This document shows positions 37,827-49,117 of a stretch of 60,567 nt of DNA, piece after piece. The notes below the pieces were generated by a model. That model was not told the origin of the DNA. It saw only the letters and a list, made by a program, of their open reading frames with translations, and did no database searches. The DNA lies in IMG/VR virus record IMGVR_UViG_3300020045_010359, positions 1-60,567 of that record. One strand, written 5' to 3'. Within the stretch, counting starts at the first letter, position 1, and each line of letters begins with the position of its first letter. A program made the translations under genes and the position numbers. This DNA comes from a virus (lineage: Duplodnaviria; Caudoviricetes).

Positions 37827-40534
37827 TATTCTTCTGTTGTTGAATTACCAAAAATTATTTGTGCAGCACCAGAAACATTTACTTTTGCTGAACTTGATGT
37901 TCTTGATTTTTTAATTGTTTCTGTTTTAATTTTAGCATTATCATCTGTATAAGTTGCATAAGCAGCTATTTCATTTAATGCTTGGTCAACATTACCATAT
38001 TCAAATTCATTTTGGTTAACAATTTTACCTTCTTTTATTGGTATTAATTTTTCTCGACCATCAGCACCCTTTCCAAAAATAGCATAGTTTGGTTTAACAC
38101 CGTCACCTATTGCTTTTACATATAAATTATAACCTTTAATATTGATTGGTTCAGTAGAAGGTTTATTAGCAATTACTAAATTTAAATTGTTATTAAATAC
38201 ATCTTGCACATCTAATTTCTGAGCATTTATATTTAATTTATTTGCAGTAGTTCCAACTTGAGGTAATTTTAAACCACCGTGTTCTGACACCAATGCTTGT
38301 CTTGCTAAAGCATAACCTTTGTTTTGTTCACCATTTTGAAACATCATCATTGCTTCACTTCTTGATGCTTGAATAACCATTTCATTATGTGTAATAGGAA
38401 TATCAGAAAGCATAGTGTAACGTTTGCCTTTATGTTCTCCTGTTATTCTATATTTATTACCCATATCATTTCTAACAGTTTCAACTGAAATATTAGAAAG
38501 AGCTGCGCCTTTTGGTAAGTCAGCAGATTTTCCTTCATTATCTGTCCAATTGATTGTTCCATTTATACCGTAACCATAAGAATTACCTGTTTTAAAATCT
38601 TGTTCTATTGCATTAGAAAGTAATCCCATAGGCATTGTTTTATCTGGTTGAACATATCTATTAGTAATAATTGTTTTGTTGATAGCATCATCAAGTTTAT
38701 TGTTTACTTGTTTATTAACTTTTGCAAACATTTCTTTGGCTGCATTTCCTGTAATATCAGTTGTTGTTCCTGTTTTTGTACCTCTAACTTTTGTTGTAAC
38801 AAATCTATTATTATCACTATCTTTAGCAGACAATGCTTCTTTTATAAAATCTTCACGAGATTGATTTGGCTGTTTGTATCTATTATAATAATCATCTACA
38901 ATAGGTTTAGTTTTTTCTTCATTAAATAAATCTAATTTAGCAGCACCATCATACATTCCTTCAATAGTTTGTTTTTGCAAATCTAAATTGCTTTTTGCAC
39001 TTGCTGAAATTAAAGCTTCTTGCCCAGTCATAGTTTCATAATGAGAATTAATTATATTACCTTTATCTCTAAAAGTATCTGTCCACCATTTACCTCTTTT
39101 TGCTAATTCTTGTTGGTATTTAACAGGGTCTAACTGTCCTTTAACAGAAGCGTCATGTTTTATACGTTGTAATTCAGCTTGTACTTCTTCATTAATATTT
39201 AAACCAGTTGCTTGTGACAAAGCTTTTCTATCACTATTTAAAACATTATTTGTTTTTTGTAAATTAGTATTAATGTCAGAATAAGATTTTGCTATATTTC
39301 TTGTTTCTTGTTGAGATACATCTGGTGTAAATATTCCTGGATTTGGAGGTAACACCATTTGCTCAGCTATTCTTGTAGCAGCTTCCATCATATTTCTACC
39401 TTGCATTGCTAATTTAGTGTAAGGATTTGCTTCAACATCAATTTTTTGTGTATGACCAAATAATTTACTAAAACCATTTCTATTAATAGTTTCATGTTCT
39501 TGTAAAGCATCTTTAAACATCATTGATTTTATTTGTTGAGGTTCTAAAGATGAAAGATTTTGTGTATTATTTTTTAAACTTTGATTTTGTTTTTCAACTG
39601 ATTGTTTAAATAAGTCAAAAGCTTCTTTTGTATGTTTACCAACTTGACCATCAACTTTCCCAATATCATAACCAGCATCTTTTAATGATTTTTGTGCAGC
39701 TAATACTTTACTTTTATCACCTGAATTTATAGCAGATTCTAATAATTTTAAATTTTCTGCATTAATATTAAATTCCTGAGCAGATTTAATTCCTTTTGCT
39801 TGTAAATAAGCATTTTGGTCTGTTGTCTGTGCTTTATTCCAAGCATAAGATTCAACTGAACCTTTATATTTAGGGTCTTTATAAATTTGGTCAAATAAAG
39901 CATTTATTCTATCTGGTGAATAACTTTCTTTTTCTGATTTAGTTATCCATTGATTACCTATTTGAACAGTTCCAATTTTATCAGATTGTAAAAATTTAGA
40001 AGCTTCTCTTAAATCTTTTTCAACATCATAATATTTACCCATACCTGCCCAAACAATTGGTTTTAATTAATTTGGGTTAGTAGAATTCATAAGTTGATTT
40101 AAACCATAGTCAATAAAATGTTTGGGCGCATCTTGATTTTGTTTTAAAAAATCATCTTTTAATTTTTGATATTGTTCTTTTTTAGCTTTTAAATAATATC
40201 TTGTACCAGTTGAAGCATCAGAAGTAATTTCATTTGCTAATTGTTGAAGTCTTTTATTACCTAAATTAATAGCATTGGGGTCGCCACTATGATAAACATT
40301 TGTAATTTCATCAATTTTTTTATTAGTTTCTTCTTGTACTTGTTTAGCTAACTCACTATCAAAAAATTCATGGTCTATTTTTTCACCTTTTGTTTTTTCT
40401 AAAGCATCATATTTGCCTTGTTGTGCTAATAAAAGTTTTGACCAATCACCAAAATCTGGAGTTTCAATTGTTTTTGGTGAATAATATTCAGATTGTAATT
40501 GTAAAGGAGTATATCTTTCAAATCTATTAGCCAT
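37826..40534 (-). CDS. Cargo protein with peptidoglycan-binding motif, interrupted by one in-frame TAA (ORFs 40067-40534 and 37826-40042)
   Basis: Same frame: AAT TAA TTA AAA CCA ATT GTT TGG GCA GGT ATG; Q..L...GYDIGKVDG.VG..T motif near 39620-39710. Confidence 0.6.
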
Positions 40535-42531
40535 TATTTTACTTTAAGTTTTATAGCGTCTAATACTTTTGTTAATGAAGCATCATCGCGTTTAGTTAAA
40601 TAATCTTTCCATTCTTGCATACCATCTAATTTAAAATCAGAAACCATAGAATTTAACATATTAAATCCAGCAGTTGTTTTTAGTAATGCTTGATTATAAA
40701 CATCAGAAGTAGCATCTTTTGCGAATTGTTTTTTAGCAAAATCTCCAGCATAAGAAGATAATGTTTGTCTTGCAACATCACCAAGTCCTCTTGTAGCTGC
40801 TTGATTTTGTGCAAATTTATCATCAGCAGAAACAAGTCTGTTAGAAATGTCTTGTGCTTTACTTGCTTCATATTGCCCCTGTTGCCCTAATATTTGGTTT
40901 CTAAGCTGTTGTTCTTGCATAGCAGTATTACCTAAAGCATTTTGTGTATCAGCGTTTAAACCAGACAAACGTGCCATTCTAACAGCATCTGATGTTGTGT
41001 TATTATTTATAACATCAGCACCAGCATTTTTAGATGAATTTATTTGATTATATGCTTGTGTCATATCAACACCCATAGAATTAAATCTTTGGTCAGCTTT
41101 ACCATAATCAGATAATCTTGGATTTACTTTGTCAGGTTTAACTGTTAAAGCTTTTATTGTATCATAAATTGCTAAACCACCCTTCATTACATCAGCAACT
41201 TTTCCTGGATTAATATTTAAAGATTTTGCAGTTTGTGTTTTATTTGCTGTTGCAGGTGTGTCAATAAAATTAGGCAAATCTGGTAAACCTTGTGTTATAA
41301 GATTTGATACAGGACTAAAAGGAACATTTGGTAATGTTTTTAAATTTTGACTTGTATATTGATTATTAGGAAGAGTCTGTGTAATATCTCCACTATATTG
41401 ATTTCTTGGTAATAAAGGAGTTGTTTGTGTATTTCTTATTTGACTAATGGGGTCAAATTGTGGAACTTCATATCCTTTATTTAAACCAAGTTCAATTGGA
41501 TTATCTGTGTTGTTTAAATTTAAACCAAATTCAGCTTTTAAAAGTTCTTTTTGAAAATCTTTTTCTTTATTCATTGTTATAACATTTAAACCTCCGCCAC
41601 CAGACATTTCTTCTTGTGGATTATTTAATGTTTCAGGTTCGTTTGTTCCTTTTAACTTATTAATAATTTCATTAACATTCATTAATTTTTTTAATTTTAA
41701 TTCCATTGCTGTTTTAGTTGGATTATCTAAATCAACATTTTTATTATTAAATTTTTTCATTATATCATTTGCATCTTTTGAAGTACCATTTTTATCTGAA
41801 AAAACATAATTTAAATTAGATAAATCTGGAAGAGTGGTAAATTTATATTTATTTTCAGTTCCTTCAATTTCAGCAGAAGGATTTTTATAATCTACATTAC
41901 CTTGTTCATTAATTGGTTGCCCGCCATTTTCATGTGATGGACTGTCGTACTGTTTAAAATTATTAGAAAGCGAACCACCTTCTTCAAAAAATGTTTTTTT
42001 AACAGTATCTTTTAAAAAATTCATTGCTTCTGGAATTTTTGAAAAAGCATTTCCTATACCTTCGTTTGCTTCTTTTGAGTCCCAACCTGGAATTGCATAA
42101 TCTAAAGTTTCATTTAAAAAAGGAACAGCATTTGCTCCAGCTTTTAAATAATTTTTATCTTTTAAATAAAATGCAGATGTTATAGGTGTTAAAACTCTTC
42201 CAGCTGTTGAAAACAATTTTGCAGATTTTAAATCACCAGTCAGTTCTTTTCCTTTTCCAGCTAATTTTAAAATGTCTTCTGTTGCAGCAGGTGGTTGGTC
42301 ATTAATTATTTGTGCTTTTTTTGTTTTACCACCATCTTTCATTTTATATGGGTCAGTAGAAATATTTAAAGGTTTAGGACTTGTTGGTGTATTACCAGAT
42401 TCTATAATATTACCAATAGCAGAAAGTGCAGGAGCAGCAATAGCTCCCACACCTGGTATTAAACTTGCTAATGGACTTAAACTTGATAAAACAGAACCAA
42501 AACCATATTTTGGTAGTTTTTTCTTAGTCAT
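40534..42531 (-). CDS. Cargo/ejection protein with repeated xxxGG motifs
   Basis: KYGFG, KMKDGG, FFEEGG, SPSHENGG, hydrophobic N-terminal segment; follows the muzzle gene. Confidence 0.65.
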   Translation of the reverse strand: MTKKKLPKYGFGSVLSSLSPLASLIPGVGAIAAPALSAIGNIIESGNTPTSPKPLNISTDPYKMKDGGKTKKAQIINDQPPAATEDILKLAGKGKELTGDLKSAKLFSTAGRVLTPITSAFYLKDKNYLKAGANAVPFLNETLDYAIPGWDSKEANEGIGNAFSKIPEAMNFLKDTVKKTFFEEGGSLSNNFKQYDSPSHENGGQPINEQGNVDYKNPSAEIEGTENKYKFTTLPDLSNLNYVFSDKNGTSKDANDIMKKFNNKNVDLDNPTKTAMELKLKKLMNVNEIINKLKGTNEPETLNNPQEEMSGGGGLNVITMNKEKDFQKELLKAEFGLNLNNTDNPIELGLNKGYEVPQFDPISQIRNTQTTPLLPRNQYSGDITQTLPNNQYTSQNLKTLPNVPFSPVSNLITQGLPDLPNFIDTPATANKTQTAKSLNINPGKVADVMKGGLAIYDTIKALTVKPDKVNPRLSDYGKADQRFNSMGVDMTQAYNQINSSKNAGADVINNNTTSDAVRMARLSGLNADTQNALGNTAMQEQQLRNQILGQQGQYEASKAQDISNRLVSADDKFAQNQAATRGLGDVARQTLSSYAGDFAKKQFAKDATSDVYNQALLKTTAGFNMLNSMVSDFKLDGMQEWKDYLTKRDDASLTKVLDAIKLKVK

Positions 42532-45500
42532 TATCTTTGAGATTTGTTTGTATTAAAGTTAGTAAAATACAATTTTAGTTTATTGTTATTTTGAGAATTT
42601 GTATAATAAAGTCTTACAAATAAATATTTATCTTTTAATTTATCAAGATTAATTTGATTAAGAGACGCTATTGTTGTTGGTATTGCGTCTATATAATAAG
42701 AAGAATAAATATCATCCCACGAAGAAGATTTTACAGGTGTGGTGGTAGATAAATTATATAGTTGAGAAATTTTATAATTTTTATCTGTTCTTATGATATT
42801 TTTTATATTTTGAGAATATTCAATATTACCAAAAGGATTTGTTGTTTGATTTAAATAATTCAAAGATAATAATCCTGTTGATTTATCTTTTGAATAAATC
42901 CACAATTTATCAAATGTTTTATCTGGTGTTTGAACCCATGTTTTTTTATTATTATCATAAGTTAATGTTTCAGAAATATAATCAATTGAATTTAATTCTT
43001 GTGTGAAATAAGAAGACAAAACTGTTTCAACGATAAAAGGATACGTTGTGTTATAGAATCTTCTACTGTTTGTTTTATCTGAATGAACATATAGTTTATT
43101 TTGATTATTAGTAAAATAATTAAATTCATTATTAAAGCTAAATTCTGGTATATACGAATGAAAAGAAACCCACTTATCATGTTCTAAATTGTAACTTAAT
43201 GTCCATGACTTATTTTCAAATAAATAATTGTCTGTTATATCAGCTATACCTGTTTCTGGGTCTGAAATATTACCATTTATATCCTGTATTAAATTACCAA
43301 AAATTGAATCTAATAAATAAGAATAATCTTTTTTAACTAATAAAATTCTTTTGTAATATGGGTCATAAGATAATTTTAAATTAAAAGAATTATAAGGAGT
43401 TTCTAAAAAAGAAGGATTTTCTTTTTGAAATGTAAATGGTAAATTATCATAAAACCAATGATACATATTTTCATTAGTTATTGGTTTTATTTGTTGGTCA
43501 AATTTGAATACTTGACCTTGTTTTGCATCAGCCCAAAAATAACCATGTGGAGTATTAATTGTTGCAAATTTATTTTGACATCCTGCAAAACCAGTATCTG
43601 TTGTTATAAATTCTTCTGGTGGAATTGATAAAAAATCTCCAGTTCCTAAATACAAAGTACTATTGTTAGTTTGTAAAGTTTGAGGGTTTGGTTTTATAAT
43701 ATAAGTAGTATCATTAGTATGAGTTAACAACAAATTATTTTTTAATTTTAAAGCAGTAATTATTCCTTTATTTTGAGGAATATCAATATAATTATTGGCT
43801 TTTGTTATTCTAAAACTATCTTGTTTTGCTTCTGTAAAAGAAGGTTCTGAATATATTATTCTATGTGGATAATTATTTAAACATTCTGAACAATAATCGT
43901 AGGAAAAATTTAAAGGATAATATAATTGTTTATTATTATTTTTATAATCTAAATTTAATTTAAAATAATTATCACAAAATATTTCTTTAAATGTACTTGG
44001 CGTTACATTTTGATTAAATAAAACAGCTGTAAAAAATTTATCCATATCGTCATATAATAACATTGACGTATGGCAGTCATCTGAACCAATAATATTCAAT
44101 GATGTATTAATTTCTGTATCAAAGTAATAATGATATTTTCTTTCTACGGTTAATCCATTATAATCACCCGCTGCATAAGGTACATTTAAACTTGTTATGC
44201 AGCAATCACCACCAAATACTTTGTAATTTGAAGCATTTGTGTAATAAATATTAGATATTTTTTTGTATTCTAAATTTGATAAATCAGAATACAGAGATGT
44301 TTTATATCTTTTTAAATAACCAAAATCATTATCAGGAGGAAAAATACTTCCTCCTTGTGGAGCTGTATTAATTAAAGAATTTGTTAATTCGATTAACAAA
44401 TGTGAATTTATTAAATCTTTATTTTCTACTGTTCCAGCAAATAGTCCACTGCTTAATTTAGATTTAGAACTTATGTTGGCATATTTTAATATTTTTTTTC
44501 TTGAAAATCTTGGTGCTACAATGGTTGGAGCTTGTGCAAAAGTACTTATTAACAAAGTTGGAACATTATTTACTTGTATATTTGAAGCTCCGCCAGAGCT
44601 ATTACTAAACCATTCAATTGCACAATAATCAAAACTTAAAGATTCTTTAAATGTTTGTTTTGGTGAAAATACTTCTAAATATTTTATATCTGTTCCTAAT
44701 TGTGTACCTGTTTCCATACTTAGTAAACTTGTCCCAATTGAAACAGAATCATCGTAAACAGAATTAAATCTTGCAGAATCAATAACTGTTTTATTTTCAT
44801 CAGTTCTTTTTGCAGAAACAAAAAAATGCCCAATTATATTATTATTTGGATAAATAACATTTTCAAATTGAATACCCATTCCCCACATTTCATTAGATGA
44901 AGGAATATAAAAAGGACGCGATGTAGTATTTCTATTAGGAAACTTATGGTGTCTTATTGGTGTATTTTGTAAATTACCAAATATGTAATTATTATTACAA
45001 TCTTTTGTTTGTGGATATTTAAAAGTTGAATCTTCCCAATAACTCATATCCATTGTTTCTAAATCTGAATTAAAAGAAACTTCTGCTTGAGAAGTATTTT
45101 CTAATTTCCAACGTTCAATTTGTTGACCAATTGCAATATTAGGATAAAACTCATACTTTTCAATATTGTTTGTTGTTATTGTTATTAATTGTGTATCTAT
45201 TGATGATATTTGTCGCCCAGGGATATGAAAAACAGGAGATTTTGAACCATCTTTAAAAACATAAACAACGCCAAAAGAATAAATTTCGTCAGGCATGTAA
45301 AATCCATACTTTTCTAAAAACAAAGCGTTCTTAGCACTTTCTTCTGTTATACTTGCGTGTTTTACTTTTTTCCAAATTGCAGATGTTTGGATTGAATTTG
45401 CAAAACTTTGAAAAGTAGAGTAGTCATTGTTTTTTGTTTTTAAATTAGCACGTATTAAACGATTGTTTACTTGTTCCATATAAGTAGAAGAATTATAAAT

Positions 45501-46436
45501 AATATTATTAAGATAAGCATAATTATTATCAATTATTATATCGTTTGTGCTAATACCTCTAAATTTAATCGACTTAGTGGTTATTGAATAAAGTGTATTT
45601 ATTTTAAATGTTTGTGCTGTTACACTATCTCCATTTGTATAAGCAATTACATTTAAACGAATATAATCAAAAGATGTATCAACGTTTAAAAGGTCTATAT
45701 CAATTGATTTTGATGTTTTTATTTTTCCGCCTATTTCAGCTGAATATTTTGGATAATTAAAAGAACCAAATATTTTATCTGGAGATTGTTCTGAATTATC
45801 ATAATAAATATTTACAGGGTTTGAAATTTCAGATTTTTTTACAACATTTAACATATTATCTAAAATCTCTATAAAAAATAAATATTGACCAGATTCTAAA
45901 GAACCTTCTTCATTATTTACTTTAGATATACTAACTTGTGGAATTAAAACATCTGGTATTAAATTAAATTTGTTTGAATCAAAAATATTATTTGTTTTGT
46001 AATCGTTTGGTTTATCTAAATTAAATTGTCTATCTGGATTTAAATGATTATCGTTCCAATATATAATTGTTTCACAACCATTTACTATTTTGTATGTACC
46101 CTGTATTAAATGTGTAACTTTAAAATTTAAAACAGACACAAGAAAAGATTCTTCAATTTTACAATCTTTTATTACTTTAATATATGATACAGTGTTATCA
46201 GTAGTAAACAATACAGTCTTACCATCTCCAATATAAATATTACCTATTATTTTTTGATTTGGTTCAAGAACAATACATTCAATATTTGACTGTTCTGATG
46301 ATAAAACACCTTGTTCACCTATTTCTAACACACCATTTAAAATAAATGTAGGTTGTTTATTTATGTATTCAGGAGCATCTTTATTTAAACCAAGCCATTG
46401 ATTAACAGGATTTACATTATTAAATTCTTCGTTCAT
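42531..46436 (-). CDS. Tail stabilization/muzzle protein
   Basis: 1301 aa beta-propeller-like; DEIYSFGVVY...G..SPVFHIPG, FGGDC, WTLSY....WVSFHSY.P motifs. Confidence 0.8.
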   Translation of the reverse strand: MNEEFNNVNPVNQWLGLNKDAPEYINKQPTFILNGVLEIGEQGVLSSEQSNIECIVLEPNQKIIGNIYIGDGKTVLFTTDNTVSYIKVIKDCKIEESFLVSVLNFKVTHLIQGTYKIVNGCETIIYWNDNHLNPDRQFNLDKPNDYKTNNIFDSNKFNLIPDVLIPQVSISKVNNEEGSLESGQYLFFIEILDNMLNVVKKSEISNPVNIYYDNSEQSPDKIFGSFNYPKYSAEIGGKIKTSKSIDIDLLNVDTSFDYIRLNVIAYTNGDSVTAQTFKINTLYSITTKSIKFRGISTNDIIIDNNYAYLNNIIYNSSTYMEQVNNRLIRANLKTKNNDYSTFQSFANSIQTSAIWKKVKHASITEESAKNALFLEKYGFYMPDEIYSFGVVYVFKDGSKSPVFHIPGRQISSIDTQLITITTNNIEKYEFYPNIAIGQQIERWKLENTSQAEVSFNSDLETMDMSYWEDSTFKYPQTKDCNNNYIFGNLQNTPIRHHKFPNRNTTSRPFYIPSSNEMWGMGIQFENVIYPNNNIIGHFFVSAKRTDENKTVIDSARFNSVYDDSVSIGTSLLSMETGTQLGTDIKYLEVFSPKQTFKESLSFDYCAIEWFSNSSGGASNIQVNNVPTLLISTFAQAPTIVAPRFSRKKILKYANISSKSKLSSGLFAGTVENKDLINSHLLIELTNSLINTAPQGGSIFPPDNDFGYLKRYKTSLYSDLSNLEYKKISNIYYTNASNYKVFGGDCCITSLNVPYAAGDYNGLTVERKYHYYFDTEINTSLNIIGSDDCHTSMLLYDDMDKFFTAVLFNQNVTPSTFKEIFCDNYFKLNLDYKNNNKQLYYPLNFSYDYCSECLNNYPHRIIYSEPSFTEAKQDSFRITKANNYIDIPQNKGIITALKLKNNLLLTHTNDTTYIIKPNPQTLQTNNSTLYLGTGDFLSIPPEEFITTDTGFAGCQNKFATINTPHGYFWADAKQGQVFKFDQQIKPITNENMYHWFYDNLPFTFQKENPSFLETPYNSFNLKLSYDPYYKRILLVKKDYSYLLDSIFGNLIQDINGNISDPETGIADITDNYLFENKSWTLSYNLEHDKWVSFHSYIPEFSFNNEFNYFTNNQNKLYVHSDKTNSRRFYNTTYPFIVETVLSSYFTQELNSIDYISETLTYDNNKKTWVQTPDKTFDKLWIYSKDKSTGLLSLNYLNQTTNPFGNIEYSQNIKNIIRTDKNYKISQLYNLSTTTPVKSSSWDDIYSSYYIDAIPTTIASLNQINLDKLKDKYLFVRLYYTNSQNNNKLKLYFTNFNTNKSQR

Positions 46437-47259
46437 ATGACCTTCCTTTAGTTATGTTTACTAATCTTTGGTTTCTATTTTTAAAATAAATTGATGATAT
46501 TGTATCTGAATCAATTGATTTTAATATTTCAGAACCTTTTGCTCTTTTAAAAGCAACTTCAGTTTGCTGTAATAATCTATCATACATTTGATAAGCACTT
46601 TCTTCTTTTATTGAACTTTTATTTAAATAACATTGTGCTTGACAATATAAACTTAAATATCTTAAAATTTCAGGAGTATTAATTATTTTATAATCAGTTC
46701 CTTGTTTTATTTCTGTCATATATTCAATACACAAATAACCAGTTTTTATTGAGCACCAAAGTACTTTATTTGAATCAACAGTAAAATCATAAGTGCAATC
46801 ATTACAAAATTTATTTGGGCAATTTTTGCAAATGTTATCACCATTAGTATTACCTGTATATTTTAATAATATGGCATTTTCTCTGTAATATTTTGATTCT
46901 AAAAATATTTTATGCGCAATAGCATAATCACCAACTATATGTGTTAATGATGAAGTAGGATTTGTGTCATTTGAATTATTATAAATTAAATCAACAACAC
47001 CACCATCGCAATCATAATTATGTGGCTTATTTGCAAAATAAACAACACTATTTAAAAGTTTAACTTCTGAATTAAGTTGAATTTGATGGTCTTTTATTTC
47101 TATAAGAATTACTTTGTTTTCGAGTTGTTCTGGTACTTTTAATAATCTGTAAGCGTCTAATGCCCAACTTAATATATTATCAACACCGCAATCGGTTTGA
47201 AATTGTTGAGGAATTCTTGAAGTATCTAATACTGATTTTAGTGAAGTATATTCTTTCAT
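46420..47259 (-). CDS. Tail ring/tubular protein
   Basis: Size and position upstream of the muzzle gene; YTSLKSV start, G.L.IEY. Confidence 0.6.
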   Translation of the reverse strand: MKEYTSLKSVLDTSRIPQQFQTDCGVDNILSWALDAYRLLKVPEQLENKVILIEIKDHQIQLNSEVKLLNSVVYFANKPHNYDCDGGVVDLIYNNSNDTNPTSSLTHIVGDYAIAHKIFLESKYYRENAILLKYTGNTNGDNICKNCPNKFCNDCTYDFTVDSNKVLWCSIKTGYLCIEYMTEIKQGTDYKIINTPEILRYLSLYCQAQCYLNKSSIKEESAYQMYDRLLQQTEVAFKRAKGSEILKSIDSDTISSIYFKNRNQRLVNITKGRSYERRI

Positions 47260-47723
47260 TCTGAAAAATTTAAAAGTGTATTAGGATTGTCTTGAAAATG
47301 GTTAAACCATTCTTTTTTAAAAGTAGCATTTGGTCTAACTCGCCAAAATCCAGCAGTAGAAAAACCTTGTTTATTTTTTTTCCATTTTAAAACAGCAGTA
47401 TAACCACTTGTTTTTAAATTTTTAAAGTATATTCTTTTTTCTTGTAATTTAGTTTCTTTCCAATTTATTTTTGAATTAGACCTATATTTTTTAAATTGTA
47501 GTGTACCTAACATATTTGGTATAGTAAATATATTACCAGAAAATAAAAATTCTTTAACATAAAAAAAATAACAATATACTATTTCTGACCATTGTTTATA
47601 ATTTAATGAATATTTATTATTTGTGCATTCTGTTTTTGGAAAATAAGGTCTTGGAATAGTACCTTCAATATATTTTTTATCTGGATAATTTAAATATAAA
47701 TCAGCTAATGTTTTCTTTTTCAT
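47256..47723 (-). CDS. IHF/HU-like protein of crAss-like tail block
   Basis: Basic; F.IP..LG.L..KK, Y....KW pattern; located between ring genes. Confidence 0.55.
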   Translation of the reverse strand: MKKKTLADLYLNYPDKKYIEGTIPRPYFPKTECTNNKYSLNYKQWSEIVYCYFFYVKEFLFSGNIFTIPNMLGTLQFKKYRSNSKINWKETKLQEKRIYFKNLKTSGYTAVLKWKKNKQGFSTAGFWRVRPNATFKKEWFNHFQDNPNTLLNFSE

Positions 47724-48370
47724 GGAGTTTCTAAATTATTTGAATCATTAGTGTTATCTGTTTGAATATTTAATTTTAAATATGTGTCAAAAGACATTTT
47801 GATAATGTCATTAATAGCATCTCTACCTAAACCAATATCTAAACTAAAAACATCAACACAAGAATTTGGGTCTTGCAAATTATTAAAGTCTAAAATATTA
47901 TCCCATAAACCAATTACTTTTATACATTTAAGCAACGTATTATTTATAATATAAACTTTATTGTCTTTACCTATATAGTAAAACATTCTATCTTTTTTAA
48001 TATCATTATATTGAATATTTGGTATTTGTTCTTCTAATATTAAATCAATTTTTTCATTAGAAGGAGTTAATATTTTTAAAGCGTCGGCAGTTTTACTTCT
48101 AACAACACTTGGTATTGCTGTTTGTGTAACTTTAATAGGGCAACTTAAATTTACACAAGAGCCATCATACATATTACCATCAATCAATGGTAAATAAAAA
48201 GGATGATAAGCTCTTGGTGATATAAAATTGTTTTTCTTTAATTCATTTTTTAAATAATCAGCTTTTGTATTACAAAAAATAGACCATAAATAGGCATCTG
48301 TATAATCTGGTGTTCTGTTATTTAATTTTAATAATTCTTTATAAATTGAAAGTACTTCATTTATTGTCAT
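47720..48370 (-). CDS. Tail ring/adaptor protein
   Basis: MTINEV start, C...CP, YY....VYI, C-terminal D..ND; synteny. Confidence 0.6.
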   Translation of the reverse strand: MTINEVLSIYKELLKLNNRTPDYTDAYLWSIFCNTKADYLKNELKKNNFISPRAYHPFYLPLIDGNMYDGSCVNLSCPIKVTQTAIPSVVRSKTADALKILTPSNEKIDLILEEQIPNIQYNDIKKDRMFYYIGKDNKVYIINNTLLKCIKVIGLWDNILDFNNLQDPNSCVDVFSLDIGLGRDAINDIIKMSFDTYLKLNIQTDNTNDSNNLETP

Positions 48371-49115
48371 TTTCTAAAATTGAAATTATTTCGTTTTTTA
48401 AATATGGCAACTCTATAATTGCATAGTTGTCATTTTTTTGATTAAACCATATTACTTTATTTTCTTCAAAATCTAAACTTAAAGGTTCTAATATATATCT
48501 ATAAAAAGATAACTGCAAAGCATATTTATTAAATTCACAGTTTTGAAGATGTGTTATTGGTTTTTTAAAATTTTGATACTTGTTTTCAGTATCTATTTTT
48601 TTATCTGTTTTATAATCTCTTAATGTATATTTATTATTTTTTGTATTGTAGCCAAGAAAATCAAATTGTCCAGCTATTCGTTGTGTCCCAATAATTTGCT
48701 CTGTAAATAAAGATAAAATGTGTTCATGGTCATTTCTATAATTATCAGCAAAATGTAATAATGTTTCTTTTTTTTCTTTTATTAAATCAGTTTCAATAAC
48801 ACCATATCTTTGTAAACTTGGAACAACTGATTTATTTTTAAATAAATTTTCTAAATAATCATGTAAAAAACTACCTATTCCACTTCCTTCTATTTTAGCT
48901 AATTCCCATCTTTCAGCAATCACATGTGGTAATACATTTTCTTCTTTTGCTTTTTTTGTTAGCCAATAATGATAGTTAAAAGGTTGCTGAAGTTGTTTTA
49001 ATTTAGTTGTAACAGATGTTAGTATTTCACCAGTTTCTCTGTTATAATAAGAATGGGTATCATCCTCAAAGAAGATGTACCCATATAGTTCATTTATTTT
49101 TTTTATTAATTCCAT
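48357..49115 (-). CDS. PD-(D/E)XK (Cas4-like) exonuclease
   Basis: H.Y, SVTT, G...H..LE, AGQFD, DYKT, YALQLS.Y motifs. Confidence 0.85.
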   Translation of the reverse strand: MELIKKINELYGYIFFEDDTHSYYNRETGEILTSVTTKLKQLQQPFNYHYWLTKKAKEENVLPHVIAERWELAKIEGSGIGSFLHDYLENLFKNKSVVPSLQRYGVIETDLIKEKKETLLHFADNYRNDHEHILSLFTEQIIGTQRIAGQFDFLGYNTKNNKYTLRDYKTDKKIDTENKYQNFKKPITHLQNCEFNKYALQLSFYRYILEPLSLDFEENKVIWFNQKNDNYAIIELPYLKNEIISILENDNK

Positions 49116-49117
49116 GT

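Noticed and set aside
48357-49115. CRISPR-Cas system
   Set aside because: Solo Cas4-like nuclease; no repeat-spacer array or other cas genes seen.
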